A stretch of DNA of 64,000 nt from Phoronis australis (lineage: Eukaryota; Animalia; Phoronida), in assembly GCA_002633005.1 (NCBI GenBank), contig NMRA01000292.1:406815-470814 (forward strand), read 5' to 3'. Position 1 is the first letter of the stretch, and every line of letters begins with the position of its first letter. A program made the translations under genes and the position numbers. A model generated the notes under the pieces. That model did no database searches. It was given only the letters and a program-made list of their open reading frames with translations, and was not told the DNA's origin. This document shows, piece after piece, positions 37,115-50,235 of this stretch.

Positions 37115-37698
37115 TGTAATATAACTTGATGGAAGTTGGTGACGCGATTTTACCTACGTTTAGCAATTGTCGGGGGACAACCAATCTTGCCACGATGATT
37201 GCTTTTTCTGTCAATAACTAAAAAGGTTATATCCCCACCTTCCAGTTCATATAAACGACCTTTAACTTCATTCACCAATGTTGTGTCTTTGATACATAAA
37301 AGAGGCGAAAATGATGTAATATTGATAAACATTTGGAGATATTTCACTAAGGGAGCTTTTTAATTTGTTTCCCTCAAATCCGCATTTTTGTTACATTGCC
37401 ACTATTAATGGATAAAAAATACCTCAATAGTCAACAGTAAAGTAATACAATATATAATTGCTTTGATGTCTTTGCCGGTTCCTCCATATGAAGACATATG
37501 AGTGGTGGGTAAGCCGAAAGTCGTCTTCTAGAACCCAACGGCAATAAAATGTCTTGGCTCGTTGTCCCAGGAGAACCAACGAAGCAATTCAAGTGACCCA
37601 TTGTATTTTCAAAAATGTGTGGTAAAACGATGGCCTGACCACCAGAGCTTTGATCATTTTTGTCAAGGTAAATACAATTCCAAGGATTTACATCCTAT

Positions 37699-38105
37699 AG
37701 TCCCGTTTAGACATAAACTTTTGGCCCGGCGCAACTGACACGGAGCAAGCGGCCGTTTACGCACACAACTCACTAACCGTGGCAAGACGAAAATTAAAGC
37801 TGGAGAGACTGTATCGCACATGCGCAGGTTTACAAACGACGACATTTACAAAGACAAAGAACCCGTACGTAGGTCATTGCACAAGCGCAGTAGAGATGAT
37901 CCTTTCCGCCTTACTCCAATTTCACGTGTAGACTTATAATTGACACGGCGCAAGATGTTCGGGCGCAAATTACCCTACCTCACAAACGGGTGGCAAAAAT
38001 TTGCCACAGCGGTGTCAATTTGCGCCGTGTCAGTCCGTTTACACATTGGAACAACTTGTTCCGTGTCAGCTGATCCGTGTCAACTTTGTAAGTGTAAACG
38101 GCACT
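37699..38105. mobile_element. Short TIR element (AGTCCCGTTTAGACA...TGTAAACGGCACT)
   Basis: Imperfect terminal inverted repeats; internal part homologous to 27465-27695. Confidence 0.5.
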
Positions 38106-39229
38106 TTGGTCACAGTTATCGTACCCCCATAATTGCTCATTCATAGCAAGCATCCAATTTGTTACGTTGGCCGCACCTATGGGCATATAAATTACTTATT
38201 ACGGTGTGTGTTTGATAACTCTGGTCTAAATCGATGTATGCATAACTGCGCACGCAAGCTAACAATACTCTTCTGGCCTCGTTTTCGTTAAAATATTTAC
38301 AAGATAAATGTTAGCGCAAAACAGTTTTTTATTACACCTACTCCCAAGTGAGGTTCTTTCAACATGACATTTTTTAAATGTACTTTTTAACAACTTTATA
38401 AACAAGGTTTTGTAATTCTGATGGAAAACAGGTAACATGCTCCTGAAGCTGTGTGGCACCAAATTCACATTTCAAAAGCTTTGACAGACTGATTGTAAAA
38501 CATGCATATTCACATTCGGCTGTGTTTTGCCAAAAGTTCCAATTTAAGAGGTTCTTTAGCCAACAACAGATTACATGGTGTAAACTGCTGACACCAAGGG
38601 AGAGGGTTAGGTACGAATACGAGTGGCACAGAGTTTATGCGGGAATTATATTTTGTTTCGTTTGTTGATTAGTGGAGTTCTCTCTCCATACAATGAACGT
38701 ACACAAAAGGTTACACTGCACTGATTAGATCCTCAGCAATTTGATTACTTTTTTTTGGAAATAACCTGCGTGCAAAACATTCTATTGTGTGCTTTTTCAT
38801 GATCAGATTTAAGACGAACAACTTTAGTGGCGTAGTCTAAACTGTTTTAAAGGTATGGCGACGATGATGTTATTGTTGCTGCTGTTGTTATCATTATTAT
38901 TGTCGTTTAACCATTTTTAAGGCAAGCTGGCACTTAAAACACCATACAAGAGAAAAGCAAACTACCTAGTGAAATTACCCTCCCCCTCCCCCTCCCCCTC
39001 CCATCTCTTAGTTTCCGCAAAATATTATTCAGTCAGTCTCCCATGTAAACAATAGCTACGGTGCTGGTGGGAGCTTGGTACTTTTAATAATTGATCGATG
39101 CGGGCATTTACTATTGAATTCCGCTAGACGAAACCATCATAGAAACTGTTTATATAACGCCATCGTTTTTGTTTTGGTTTTCCGCCTCCCCTGTGCCCTG
39201 CATTCAAGTGACGCACACAAATGCCATCT

Positions 39230-40610
39230 CATCGTTACCAACCTATATCGCTTGACGCTGAGTCTTTGTTCACCAACGTGCCTGTTGATGAGACCATTGC
39301 TATCATTTTGGATAGTGTATACCATCACCCACATTTAAAGCCACCTGAGATTGCACCAACTCATAAGAGATTTGCTGGCCATCTGCACTACCAAAGTACC
39401 ATTTCGCCATTCAAATGGCAAATTGTTTCTACATAAGATGGTGTGAGCATGGGTCCCATTTTTCTGGAATTTTATATGTCTCAAGTGGAAAAAGGGCTAG
39501 CAATGTGATTGGTGGTATTCCTATCTACATGTATGTACGATATGTAGATGACATTTTTGTTTATTGTGCTTTTGATGACTTGTTATCAGTAGGCCTACGT
39601 GATGAACTTGAGCGTGACTCTGTTTTGAAGTTTACCCACGAGCTTCCTGTAATTTTGGACGTGCTTGTGAACCATTCTCCATTTGAATTGTCTACATCAG
39701 TCACAAGCTTATTGATAAAGGTTTCTGTCTTCACGCCAAAAGCGAGTGACCTGAGTGGTATAAGGTCGCCGTTGTGTTCAACTCCCTAAAGACTGTGTAT
39801 TTGGTGTCGTGTGATTGGCTATTGTTCAAACCCTGGTGAATAATGGCTACGCCAATGCTTTTGTAGACCGTCATATTAGTCGATTCATGTCCAACATTAA
39901 TTGTGAATCCACTTCACGTCGGATGGACCGATGTGACCAAAAAGGTATTTTAAAAAATGTTATGTCCAATAATTACCTCCAGGAGGAACATGCCATTAAG
40001 AAAATCATTAGGGATAATGTTAAAGTTTGTAAGCCCGATGATTACCTCGATGTTATTATTTATTATCGGAATAGAAAGTCCTCCAAATTTGTCGAGAAAA
40101 ATAACATTTCTAAAGCGAAAGTCCGCCCATTGCCAAGTGAGCGTTGTTTATAAATTTGTATGCCCTACGAAGACATTCGAATGTCTTCGAATGCCAAGCA
40201 ATCATTGGTCAAACGGTTTGCTGTCTTTCCCGTCGGTTGTCTATGCATCTTCAAAATGGCGCCATCCAAGAACATTTTCCGCAATGTCACGAACGTAAAA
40301 CCACCCGTAAAAAATTGTGGAAAACACGTTAATTTGATACGTAGAGCACGATGTGCTGCATTGGAAGTATCGGAGCCCTTTTGATTGCAGTCGAGAAGCC
40401 TGTTTTGAATGAGCAGCAAACAGGGTCGCGCCGCTCGCTACACTTGTTTTCGTGGCTTTCCTGTTACCCCCCTTCATTCGTCATTCTTTGCAGTATTTCA
40501 CACCTGCCGTGTCCCCACTGTGTATGTCTCCAGCTTCTGCCCTATAGTGGTATTTCTGCGTCATTTTATTTCCACTTGAGAATGAAACGAGTATATTTCG
40601 AAATACCATG
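39230..40610 (+). mobile_element. Penelope-like retroelement relic (RT + GIY-YIG)
   Basis: SLDAESLFTNVPVDETI, DGVSMGS, YVRYVDDIF, LVNNGY and a GIY-YIG-like VVYKFVCP..IGQT..LSRRLSMH, spread across several frameshifts. Confidence 0.85.
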
Positions 40611-40735
40611 TCTCTTGGCCAGTTGCTTTTAACAATGTTGTTATGCGTTGAGTGTCGAACTTTGTTCCGAGGATACGAACGGAACGGAATAAACATTGTT
40701 AATAACGACAAGTGTCGTGTATTCAACCAAATTTG

Positions 40736-40738
<3 letters not shown>

Positions 40739-40821
<83 letters not shown>

Positions 40822-40915
40822 TGTGNNNNNNNNNNNNNNNNNNNNNNNNNNNNNNNNNNNNNNNNNNNNNNNNNNNNNNNNNNNNNNNNNNNNNNNNNNN
40901 NNNTGTGTGTGTGTG
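40739..40915. repeat. (GT)n microsatellite with internal N gap (40826-40903)
   Basis: Direct reading. Confidence 0.98.
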
Positions 40916-41159
40916 GATAAAGGGGGGTCGTGGCGAAGGGCCCTGCGGACACACCCCACGGGCGACTAAAAGTCGCCGCCAGCATATCGTTCTGGGCGCT
41001 ACGCTCCTATTTTCCTTTATAATTGTGCTTGGACACCACTTGAAATGCACGCAGACCTTTGCCTTCAAGTATGTGTGGTTGTACCCCCTTTCTCCGACAT
41101 CCAAGATCCATCACTGCAAGCTCAGTAAATACCCACTCGCGACATACTTGTGAGTCAGG

Positions 41160-42360
41160 TTTTGCGAGTTCAATGCACTTTTAAAATTCAGCGCTCATGG
41201 CGATACGATGGGCTTTGGGCGTCTACTTACCTCTAATTTTACCACTACATCACTGTCCTCCATGACTGAACGGAGCCGTTTCTTCCAACCAGAAATACTT
41301 TTCCGTAATTCTTCCATCGAGATTTCTTCCTGTGACATAATTATCCTGTCTTTTTACTCCTGCTCAGTCAATTTGTCTCGCACTCCGCGGTAACATTTCT
41401 CCTTCCGAGAGTCCCATATAGCATAGTCCATTGGATTGCAGTGAGGACTGAGCGGAGGTCACTCGTCCTTTTTGATTAATTTTGGTGTGGTCTCCTCCAG
41501 ATGAGCCTGGATTATCTTGCTCGTGTGTGAAGGATCCCCATCTGATAAAACACGTAGTTGTTTCCAGGATGAAGTCACCTGCAATCCGCGAGATTTTCAT
41601 CCAATAACTACATGTAGCGTTGACTTTAGCTCTACCAGTGTCAATAAAATGAATATTTGTTTTTCTTGCCCATGATATTCCATCGGAAACCATTACTTTT
41701 TTGGAAAGCCTGGAAGTCTCATGATATAGTCGAGAAGGCTGAATTTCTCGTTTTTTTGTTTCCCATAAACACGATCGTTTTGGTGATTTTTAGGGATTTC
41801 TAGCGTAAAGTCTTTTTCATCAGTGAAAATGATTCTTTTCACAGTGGCTGAATAGCGGTCATGCAAGTATCGGCATCGAGCTTTTCTTTTCCTTCTAACA
41901 TTTTGATCTCTCCACGATATCCACATTCTTTTGAAGTGCTTTAACAACAGCTTTTTCTCCATTCTTTGCACAGAAGAATTGCTCACTTGTAAATCGCTTA
42001 CGACTTTTCTCAGAGATTTGTAATTCCCGGGTTGTCCTCTTGGGACTGAATCAGTTCCTCAACACGATCCTCGTTTTCTTTCGAACATGCAGTCTTGGGT
42101 CTTCCACTTCCACTTTTACGCGCAACAGACCTCGTGTTGCGTATTTTAGCAATACCGGTAAGTCTATTCACGGTTGTGCGACTCCACACCTGTCCTGGGA
42201 ACTCCCTTGCTATATTTCTTCCGCTCCACCCTTTCTCCTTGAGACAGGTTTCAATTGTAAATTGTAAATTTATCATTTTCACTCAAAGGCATTCCTATAA
42301 ACCGAAATATTGGACAGAACTGATTTGGACACAGATCTGACAATAAAAATCAGTAGACTT
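41160..42360 (-). mobile_element. Tc1/mariner (maT, DD37D) transposase relic
   Basis: HTH + RKSGSGRPKT, IIFTDEKDF, and D(GDPSH)...SPHCNPMD with 37 residues between the last two Asp (one internal stop). Several frameshifts. Confidence 0.85.
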
Positions 42361-42375
42361 GAGCTTTATATTTAC

Positions 42376-42407
42376 GTATGTATGTATGTATGTATGTATG
42401 TATGTAT
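42376..42407. repeat. (GTAT)n microsatellite
   Basis: Direct reading. Confidence 0.9.
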
Positions 42408-43483
42408 TCCCTCCCCCCCCCTTCCCTGTAGCCCTCTCGTCCCTCTTTCTCCTCTGTCTCCCCTGCTTAATCCGCCGATGAGTTAATCACAATCTCACAC
42501 AGGGAACGTACAAGAGAAAATTGAGGAAGCTGTGCCTATCACTAAATTTATTACAAGTACGACACCTTATAGGCTAGCGTGACACTAAGAAGTGCCTCCT
42601 GGTCAAACCATTTCACATTCGCACACAGCTTAGCCTTCGTATGTTACGACCACCGCAAATGTTGAACTACGTGCTTAGCCAACGGAGAACTCGGGTTCCT
42701 GTTTGCTAAGTCGAGAAGCAAATACCCAGCTTGTCACATTACATTTACCTCGTGAGACCAAATCCACACTAGGTTGAGGGCGAGGTGAATTTTGACCTAA
42801 TTGGCCATTCACTCATATAATATCGTACAGTAATACCACCCTCCAGAGGGGATTGGTTCATAAAAGGGGACGCAAAAATATTCTAAGGCCCTTTAAGACA
42901 ACAATTAAATGAGCTAGTCCAAGTGGGATATTTTACTAAGAACTTGCATCGATGTTTGTGGGTAACCGGCATCGAGATAAAACTTAGAGAATATTGGTTA
43001 AGCTTACAGTTAGTTCATCGTCAACGGTGGTTTTTTTGTGCATTTGTCGAATTTGCCACACTGAATACAGCACGGTACATTTTTACGGAATTTAACACGC
43101 ATAACATTTTGCAGGTCAGTAGGATATGTCCAAAATATTATACAATATCAGAAAAAAGTTTTAATGGTGTTTTTGATTTCCAAAAATCCCAAGAGTTCCT
43201 TTGGAATGCACAGACGTTAACACAAACACCACAGCTGACTATTCACATGCAGAATAAACTGATTTTTCAGACTCTGATCAGCTGACCGCCAGATAAGGGC
43301 AAAACGGCTAGAGCTCTCCCAGACAATGTCAATCACAACAAAACATTACACTTTGTGCGTATTCAAATACATACAATCACCTTTCCACCAGTTTTTCGTA
43401 TACGTATTACACCAAATACAGCATAAATGATTTCGGTCGGCTTCCGGCTGCCTGTGAAGCGTGCACCTCACAGCTGGTATTAC

Positions 43484-43605
43484 GTGACCATGAGCAACAA
43501 GAAAGGATTGTTAACCATGTGATTTAATATCAGGTGACCCTGAGCAAAAAGAAAGGTTTGCCAACCATCTGATTTGATATCAGGTGACGCTGGGCAAAAA
43601 GAAGG
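43484..43605. repeat. ~41-bp tandem repeat, three copies
   Basis: GTGACC(A/C)TGAGCAA.AAGAAAGG...AACCAT.TGATTT.ATATCAG is repeated. Confidence 0.75.
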
Positions 43606-45429
43606 ATCTCGACTCTTGTCAACTGGCATCAGATGATTTTTATAAAGAGCACATTTAGATTAACACATAAATTTAAAAAACAGACCGCAACCAATTTATT
43701 TTTTGGCCCAATAAGAGCTTTTTGTGCGCTCAAACGACTTCTTAATTGGAAAGCACTGAATATATTACAAGCAAAAGCTTTTTGTGCGCTTAAATGACTT
43801 TTTACTTGGAAGCACTAAGAACGCCATACTACGTCGTAGTCACGTCTCCATCTCCCATGATGCAAGCGCGCTCATCTTTTTATCCGCCAGGGCTCCCAGT
43901 GGAGAGCATACTGTTGTAAAACTGAGGGCCCGAGGTGAACTCACTACAATAGTTACTCGCGATCAAAATCTAAGAGAACATGCGTTCCCCCGGTAACGAG
44001 TGGCGAAGTCTTACGAAAACTTGTACGATTAGGCCAAATTCACATAGTTTTACTTGTATTTGGCCTACTGAACGCATTTTGAAGGTTTAAGTCGTATGCA
44101 GTACAACCTTTGGTTTCTCATGTATCGTGGTGGAGGTCTTTGTTCTTATGTTTTTAATACAGTGACTTCACCATCTTAAGTATAATTTAATTACACCTCG
44201 TTACAATTGTATTTCGAGGGCCGAATGGAGCTCATTGATTATTCCAAGGGGAAGATTTTAGCACTAACTTGATTTAGTTATGATTTCGGCTTGACCCAAT
44301 ATGGCGCCGCCGTGGAAGTTTAAAGAGGAACATTTATTTCTGTGTTCAGAAATGTTTTCGAGATGGCATCCAGTAGGGCGCATTTCAGAAAGGTTTTTGC
44401 ATAAAAATTGTCATGTTTAGGCTAATGCTCAAAGAAGAGTGATGTGTTTTTGAAGGTCATCATGCATGAATAACTGAGAATCAGAATTTCAGGTATATCG
44501 GCTCTTAAGAAGAAAAAGACCCCATGCAGGCTCTCTTTAGATCGCGTTACATGTGGAAAGTATAAGACGCCAATTGTCCTAATTTGCTTTCTTTTAAAGG
44601 ACCATTCAAGTGTTTTAAGGTGATCCCTTGTCAGTAGAGACGCCGTCGGATTTCTCGTGTTGTGTTTTCCTAGCTGAACCATAAGTAAAACCATAAAGGC
44701 CATGGCTGAACCAGGGCGCTCCGGACGGGAATAGTTAGTTTCCGAAAGAGCCCACCACTTCTGAAGAATGACAACCCCACGCGGGATCTTTTTTTACAAG
44801 AGAAGTAAGTTTCGTAAAAGGAACGCCCTGAGGTGGCTCTTTCGATTATCCTCGGTATTCAGCATTGCAGAACTGAAACGCCGGTATTATTCACACTATA
44901 CGGACCTCTAGAAATAGCAATGAGAGCGAAAAGTCAACTGCAATATGAATGATCATCACCGATTCTTACAGAGTATGCGTGAAGTAGACACCTCACCACA
45001 CACCTGATCGTCACATCACCCGAGCTACTTAAAATAAGTCCAAAAAGAAGTCTCGGATTCAAGCCCCGGTCGCGACATAAATGTTTTAGGATTTGTAATG
45101 GCTTGGGCGCGTGCAACCATGACCACTTTATGTATGAATAATAATATTAATAAAGTTTTCGTCATTAGTCTTGTATTTCTTTGGGCCTAGAATACGTCGC
45201 TTTCTGGGAAAGTAGACCACCTTCAGCGCGATCACCGTGATCTGGAATTAAATGATTTCAATAAAATTATATAAACTTGAGCGATAAATCAAGGTCTGGT
45301 GAAATGGTTGAAATTAAACAAGACAATCCTTTACCTTTCTACGAAAAATCTAGATTTACGGTATAGCAAGGTACACTCATATTAACGTTTTCGTACTAGA
45401 ATGCTCTACACATGCGTTTATACGTAAGT

Positions 45430-46300
45430 ACATACATACATACATACACACGCGCATGCACACCTACAAGCACGCACACAAACATACATACACATGTACA
45501 TACATACATACACACGTACATACATACATACACACGTACATACATACATACATACACACGTACATACATACATACACACGTACATATATACATACATACA
45601 CGTACATACACACACACACACACACACACGTACATACATAGATACACACGCGCATGCACACCTACAAGCACGCACACAAACATACATACACATGTACATA
45701 CATACATACACACGTACATACATACATACACACGTACATACATACATACATACACACGTACATACATACATACACACGTACATATATACATACATACACG
45801 TACATACACACACACACACACACACACGTACATACATAGATACACACGCGCATGCACACCTACAAGCACGCACACAAACATACATACACATGTACATACA
45901 TACATACACACGTACATACATACATACACACGTACATACATACATACATACACACGTACATACATACATACACACGTACATATATACATACATACACGTA
46001 CATACACACACACACACACACACACGTACATACATAGATACACACGCGCATGCACACCTACAAGCACGCACACAAACATACATACACATGTACATACATA
46101 CATACACACGTACATACATACATACACACGTACATACATACATACATACACACGTACATACATACATACACACGTACATATATACATACATACACGTACA
46201 TACACACACACACACACACACACGCACATACACACGTACACACACACACACACACACACACATACATACACATATACATACATACATACATACATACACA
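45430..46300. repeat. Compound CA/TACA microsatellite organised as 198-bp higher-order tandem units (~4 copies)
   Basis: The marker GCGCATGCACACCTACAAGCACG recurs with an exact 198-bp period; identical ORFs start at 45456, 45654, 45852 and 46050. Confidence 0.95.
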
Positions 46301-47590
46301 AATACGTTCGTACTTACACACACTCACATACAAATTCATGCGTTCATTCAGCGACGGGGGATTATTGAACCAGGGGCGCCGTTTAATAGTGATAGGGAGG
46401 TATTTTTGGGCGTGCCTCCTGATCGGAGGTTAAACCCTGCCCCTCCCTCCCTCCCTCCCCGTAAATCTCCCCGCACTGAGTCATGCACGCATACATACAT
46501 ACTCATATGCAACAGATATTATTGATCGTGAACTTTGATGTTCATGAAAGCTATTACAAGCTCTGTCTATAAAAATGTGCAGTAAAGCCGCAGCTTCCTT
46601 CAGAAAATCAACGTATACTTTTCAATTATCTAAAATCGGACTCCTCTTGTTGCTTATTTAGATTCGAAATGATTTATGGTCGTCAGAAGAACTCATTATT
46701 CTTTGTAGCGGCTCGTGAAGTTAGTTTCAACCACCGAAGCAGTATGACTATCACAGGTGTAGTTCAAGCGAAGGATAAGAACACGATGGCGTTGCTTTGG
46801 AAGAGCACAACGCCTGAAAGGGCCACCCATACGGAGACCCACGCGGCTTAATTGAATGCAAATGAGGCCAACTTAGAGCTCACACCTGTGCCAAAGGGAA
46901 CTGTGAGAAATTTGCCTCGCGAGGCCGTGAGGTAACTGTCTCACTTGTTGGATTTCTTTCACATAGCGAGCGTCAATCTTTAGTTTGTGGGCTACTGCAA
47001 ACGAACAGCTGCGAGCCCCGTATGATCTGCGAAAAGTGAATTTGGTCAGTGAGCACTTTGCCTTGCTGAATGCAGTTAACAATGACGTGATGTTAATTTC
47101 GCTTTAAGCACACCGCTGAGTTCACAGTTTTCCGTCTGTGGTGACCCTGATCACTTTCGGTAGCCAATGAACAATAATTGTGGAATTACCAGACAACAAC
47201 AAATCAATATCGCTCGCTCATTGTAACTGTGAGTTCTACTTTTAGTCTTGATAACTACGAGCGTAATTTACAAGTCAGTGTGCATTTTTGCCTCCCTGTG
47301 TGCGGGAAACCCATATCGAACTATGTGCTGAGCTACAGCTCGCTTTAGGCAAGCAATTGAGTTCGTAGCCATCCGTCTTCGGCGTCCCTAACGAAAGTCT
47401 TTTTTGATTCCAAAACACGGTTTATAGGGGCTTTACCTTTCTGAAAATTAGTATGGGGAGCCAAAATAGTTACTTTTTTACGAGCTTGTGTTGCGCTGTA
47501 GATTAAAAAATTCAACATCTTTTACTGTATTAAGGTACGTACCCAATAACTTACTTGGTCAATTAAGATAGGAAAACTGCTGAGTGCGGC

Positions 47591-47782
47591 CTAAAACGAG
47601 ATTTCATTTTCCGAGAGCATTTTGTCCTTGACAACCTCTTTCCTTGTCAGTTTCTCGGCATCCTGTATAGTGTCAGTTAGAGGACGACCTTTTGTTTCCG
47701 GAAGTATAAAGGTGGCCCCGGAAGCACCAAGAGCTAATACACCGATGGAAACCATCGATAACTCTTTGAGGCCGATGTTACG
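47591..47782 (-). CDS. SLC22-like last coding exon (TM12, LPETKG, stop)
   Basis: RNIGLKELSMVSIGVLALGASGATFILPETKGRPLTDTIQDAEK...EISF*; acceptor ttttag. Confidence 0.9.
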   Translation of the reverse strand, partial: RNIGLKELSMVSIGVLALGASGATFILPETKGRPLTDTIQDAEKLTRKEVVKDKMLSENEISF

Positions 47783-49199
47783 CTAAAAAAAAACAATATA
47801 AAAGCTGTACACCTGAATGAATAATGGGGCTATAAACCTGCCTTACGTCCCAAAACTAACTTTTGATTTAGACGACTCACCGTTAGAAATTGGTCTCAAA
47901 GTGCTCCGTAGACAATGTCTCGGCTTAGAGCGAACTGACAGATCGTCATTGCGTGAGACCAGGCATTAACAAACTGCACCATCTTTTTCAAGTTCAGATA
48001 TCACTTCTCATCTGAGCTTGTTTGAAAAATGCTGAGACCAGTTTTATAGAGGCAACTGATCTCCGGGATGCGGCTTTCAATTTTAACAGTTTTTAGCAAA
48101 CATGTGAACGTAAGATAATCGGGGCCGTAAAACAAAGCATGGTTGACATTGGTTGCAATCAACTGCCTTCAACATTTCCGCCGGATCATTCGGCTAAGAT
48201 TGCGTTTGGTTCTTGATGGCGTCAAGAGACCAATTACGTATTTCCTCCGATTAGCGCGGCGGAGCCGGAGCAGTCAATCACATGCAGCCACATTAGTATC
48301 AAAAATCGAATCATTATAGTTCTAGTGAGTATGCCTACCCCTAGACGTAAACGCTTCTGAAGACGGGACTGTAATTTCCCTAATATCTTTAGCACGTGTA
48401 CTATTAAAAGCAACTTCGCAACAAAATTGCTCGCTGTTCAGAAACGGGACTGCCAAACAGCGAAACAACTCTTTCAACTGACTCGCTTGTCTACTACTTG
48501 CGGCGAGGGATTGAAGGTACTGACTGAAGGTGCTGAACATCCAAATCTCATTGATTTGGAGCATAACCGAATTTGAAAAGCCTTGTATACAGTAAATGGT
48601 TTGAACAAAAATGGGTCAGACCAGCCAGCTGCACTGAACTAATAGTTACGACAAATGTCTTGTAACCTGACAAAACATTTATAGATTTTTGTTCCAAATA
48701 TGGTGATGAATTAAACAGCGGCGTATCTTGTTAGTTCTTCACCAGGGCTTTCATTAACCGTTAAATTTTCGATAGGATAACCATTCCCTCTTTCTTATGT
48801 CTGTAAATAACCTTATCGACAACTTCGTGGACTTGGGAAAATATTGAGAAAACTATAGATTTTAACTCAGTAAAAGTATAAAAGTAAAATTATTCTGAAA
48901 ATAGAATTTGATTTTTGACATTTTACCAATCTGATATTAAGGGTCATGTGACCATGTCTTTCAGCAAAATTTAGCAAAAAAAGAAAAGTACATTAATAGC
49001 AAAACAATGGTATCAACAACATGATCAAATTTTATTTGATGTCAGTGTTTAAGAAAAGATATTTAGTGATTTAATAACATAGCCTCCTGAACACCTCTCT
49101 GAAACCAGTTTTTCTTGACTTTGTCATTCTTAAATTCGTGCTCTGTGTCCTGGAGGTGGTTAAATACGGTAAACGACACCCCCTCACCAGCAGCCCTCC

Positions 49200-49720
49200 T
49201 ACGTTCGTATATGCGCTTTTTAACGGTTGTTCTGTTTCCACAGCATACATCGCCTAGCAGTTCTCTCCCTTACACTGAATCCCATAAACAATTCCACTAA
49301 CTGACACGCTCTTGCTTTACTTTATCCTTAGGGCGGACAAGTAGCTGATGTAACGTTCTCGACGGCTTATGCGTCACCCTTATGCCATATTGGCCACAAA
49401 TACATTTTAGCTTCTGGGAAACACCTTTAACATACGGAAACATGTCACTGTTGTAGGACGTTCCTGTTGCTGCCGTCACCCGACCCTACCCGCAATCGTG
49501 AACGCCCTTTATGTGGTAGTCGCACTTAGCGAGAACCTGGTTCACGAGTCATCACTCCTCTTCCTTGCCTCTTGGTTCCGAAACTGTGGTGTCCGCTCCG
49601 TAAGTGAGAGTCCGGATGACGCCATACTTATACTCTAAATCCTTCACTGAACAAGCAAGGTGGAGCTCGCTTCAAAGTGTTGTCTACTTGGGGCGACAGT
49701 ATACGTGAGGTTGGTAACCA
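49200..49720 (-). mobile_element. Penelope-like fragment (RT C-terminus / GIY-YIG linker)
   Basis: FPYVKGVSQKLKCICGQYGIRVTHKPSRTLHQLLVRPKDKV (ORF 49297..49479). Confidence 0.7.
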
Positions 49721-50162
49721 AACGAGATCTCATGAGAAAACAAGAGACGACAGTTCCCGTGAATCAACAGTGCCACCCTCCGTTTGAAGGAGGCGTGATG
49801 CCTCCGAGATCCTAGGAGTTTTTTATGAGTATTGTTCAGTAAACCAGATTCAATTCGATTTACAATCTTAGGAAATGTGTTCAAATGTTCGATCTTCGAA
49901 CGAGGCGCTACAAAACTAGCACTTGTGATTATTATGAAAAACTCAAAGTTGCATTTTGAAGAAAATACATTTCCTTTTACTGAATTAAATTCGATAGTTT
50001 TATAGATAATTGGCTAAATTCATTGACTTGTTGATAAGGGCCAACATAACCTTATTATCCGTAAAACACTGAGGCATTAGTATTCCTTTAATGAAAGTGC
50101 GCGAATTGAGAGTATAAATTGATTATTAATTATCATTTTGAAGTTGAGCCATGGAAACTTAC

Positions 50163-50235
50163 CAGGAAAAGGATTTGTGGTACAAACACAGCGCCGAGTC
50201 TTGAAAAGAACGCACACGTTCCCAAACCAACATTT
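50163..50235 (-). CDS. SLC22-like exon (TM11)
   Basis: (R)NVGLGTCAFFSRLGAVFVPQILFL; ttacag / gtaagt; phase 2->0. Confidence 0.9.

Noticed and set aside
36935-37363. TTAAGGAGCTC...GAGCTTTTTAA around SRCR exon 1, suggesting a TE-derived first exon
   Set aside because: The inverted match is too short and imperfect to distinguish from chance.
40481-41153. Long His/Thr and Cys/Val ORFs
   Set aside because: Translations of the (GT)n microsatellite and N gap.
45396-46525. 300+ aa low-complexity ORFs on both strands
   Set aside because: Stop-free microsatellite mosaic with no coding evidence.
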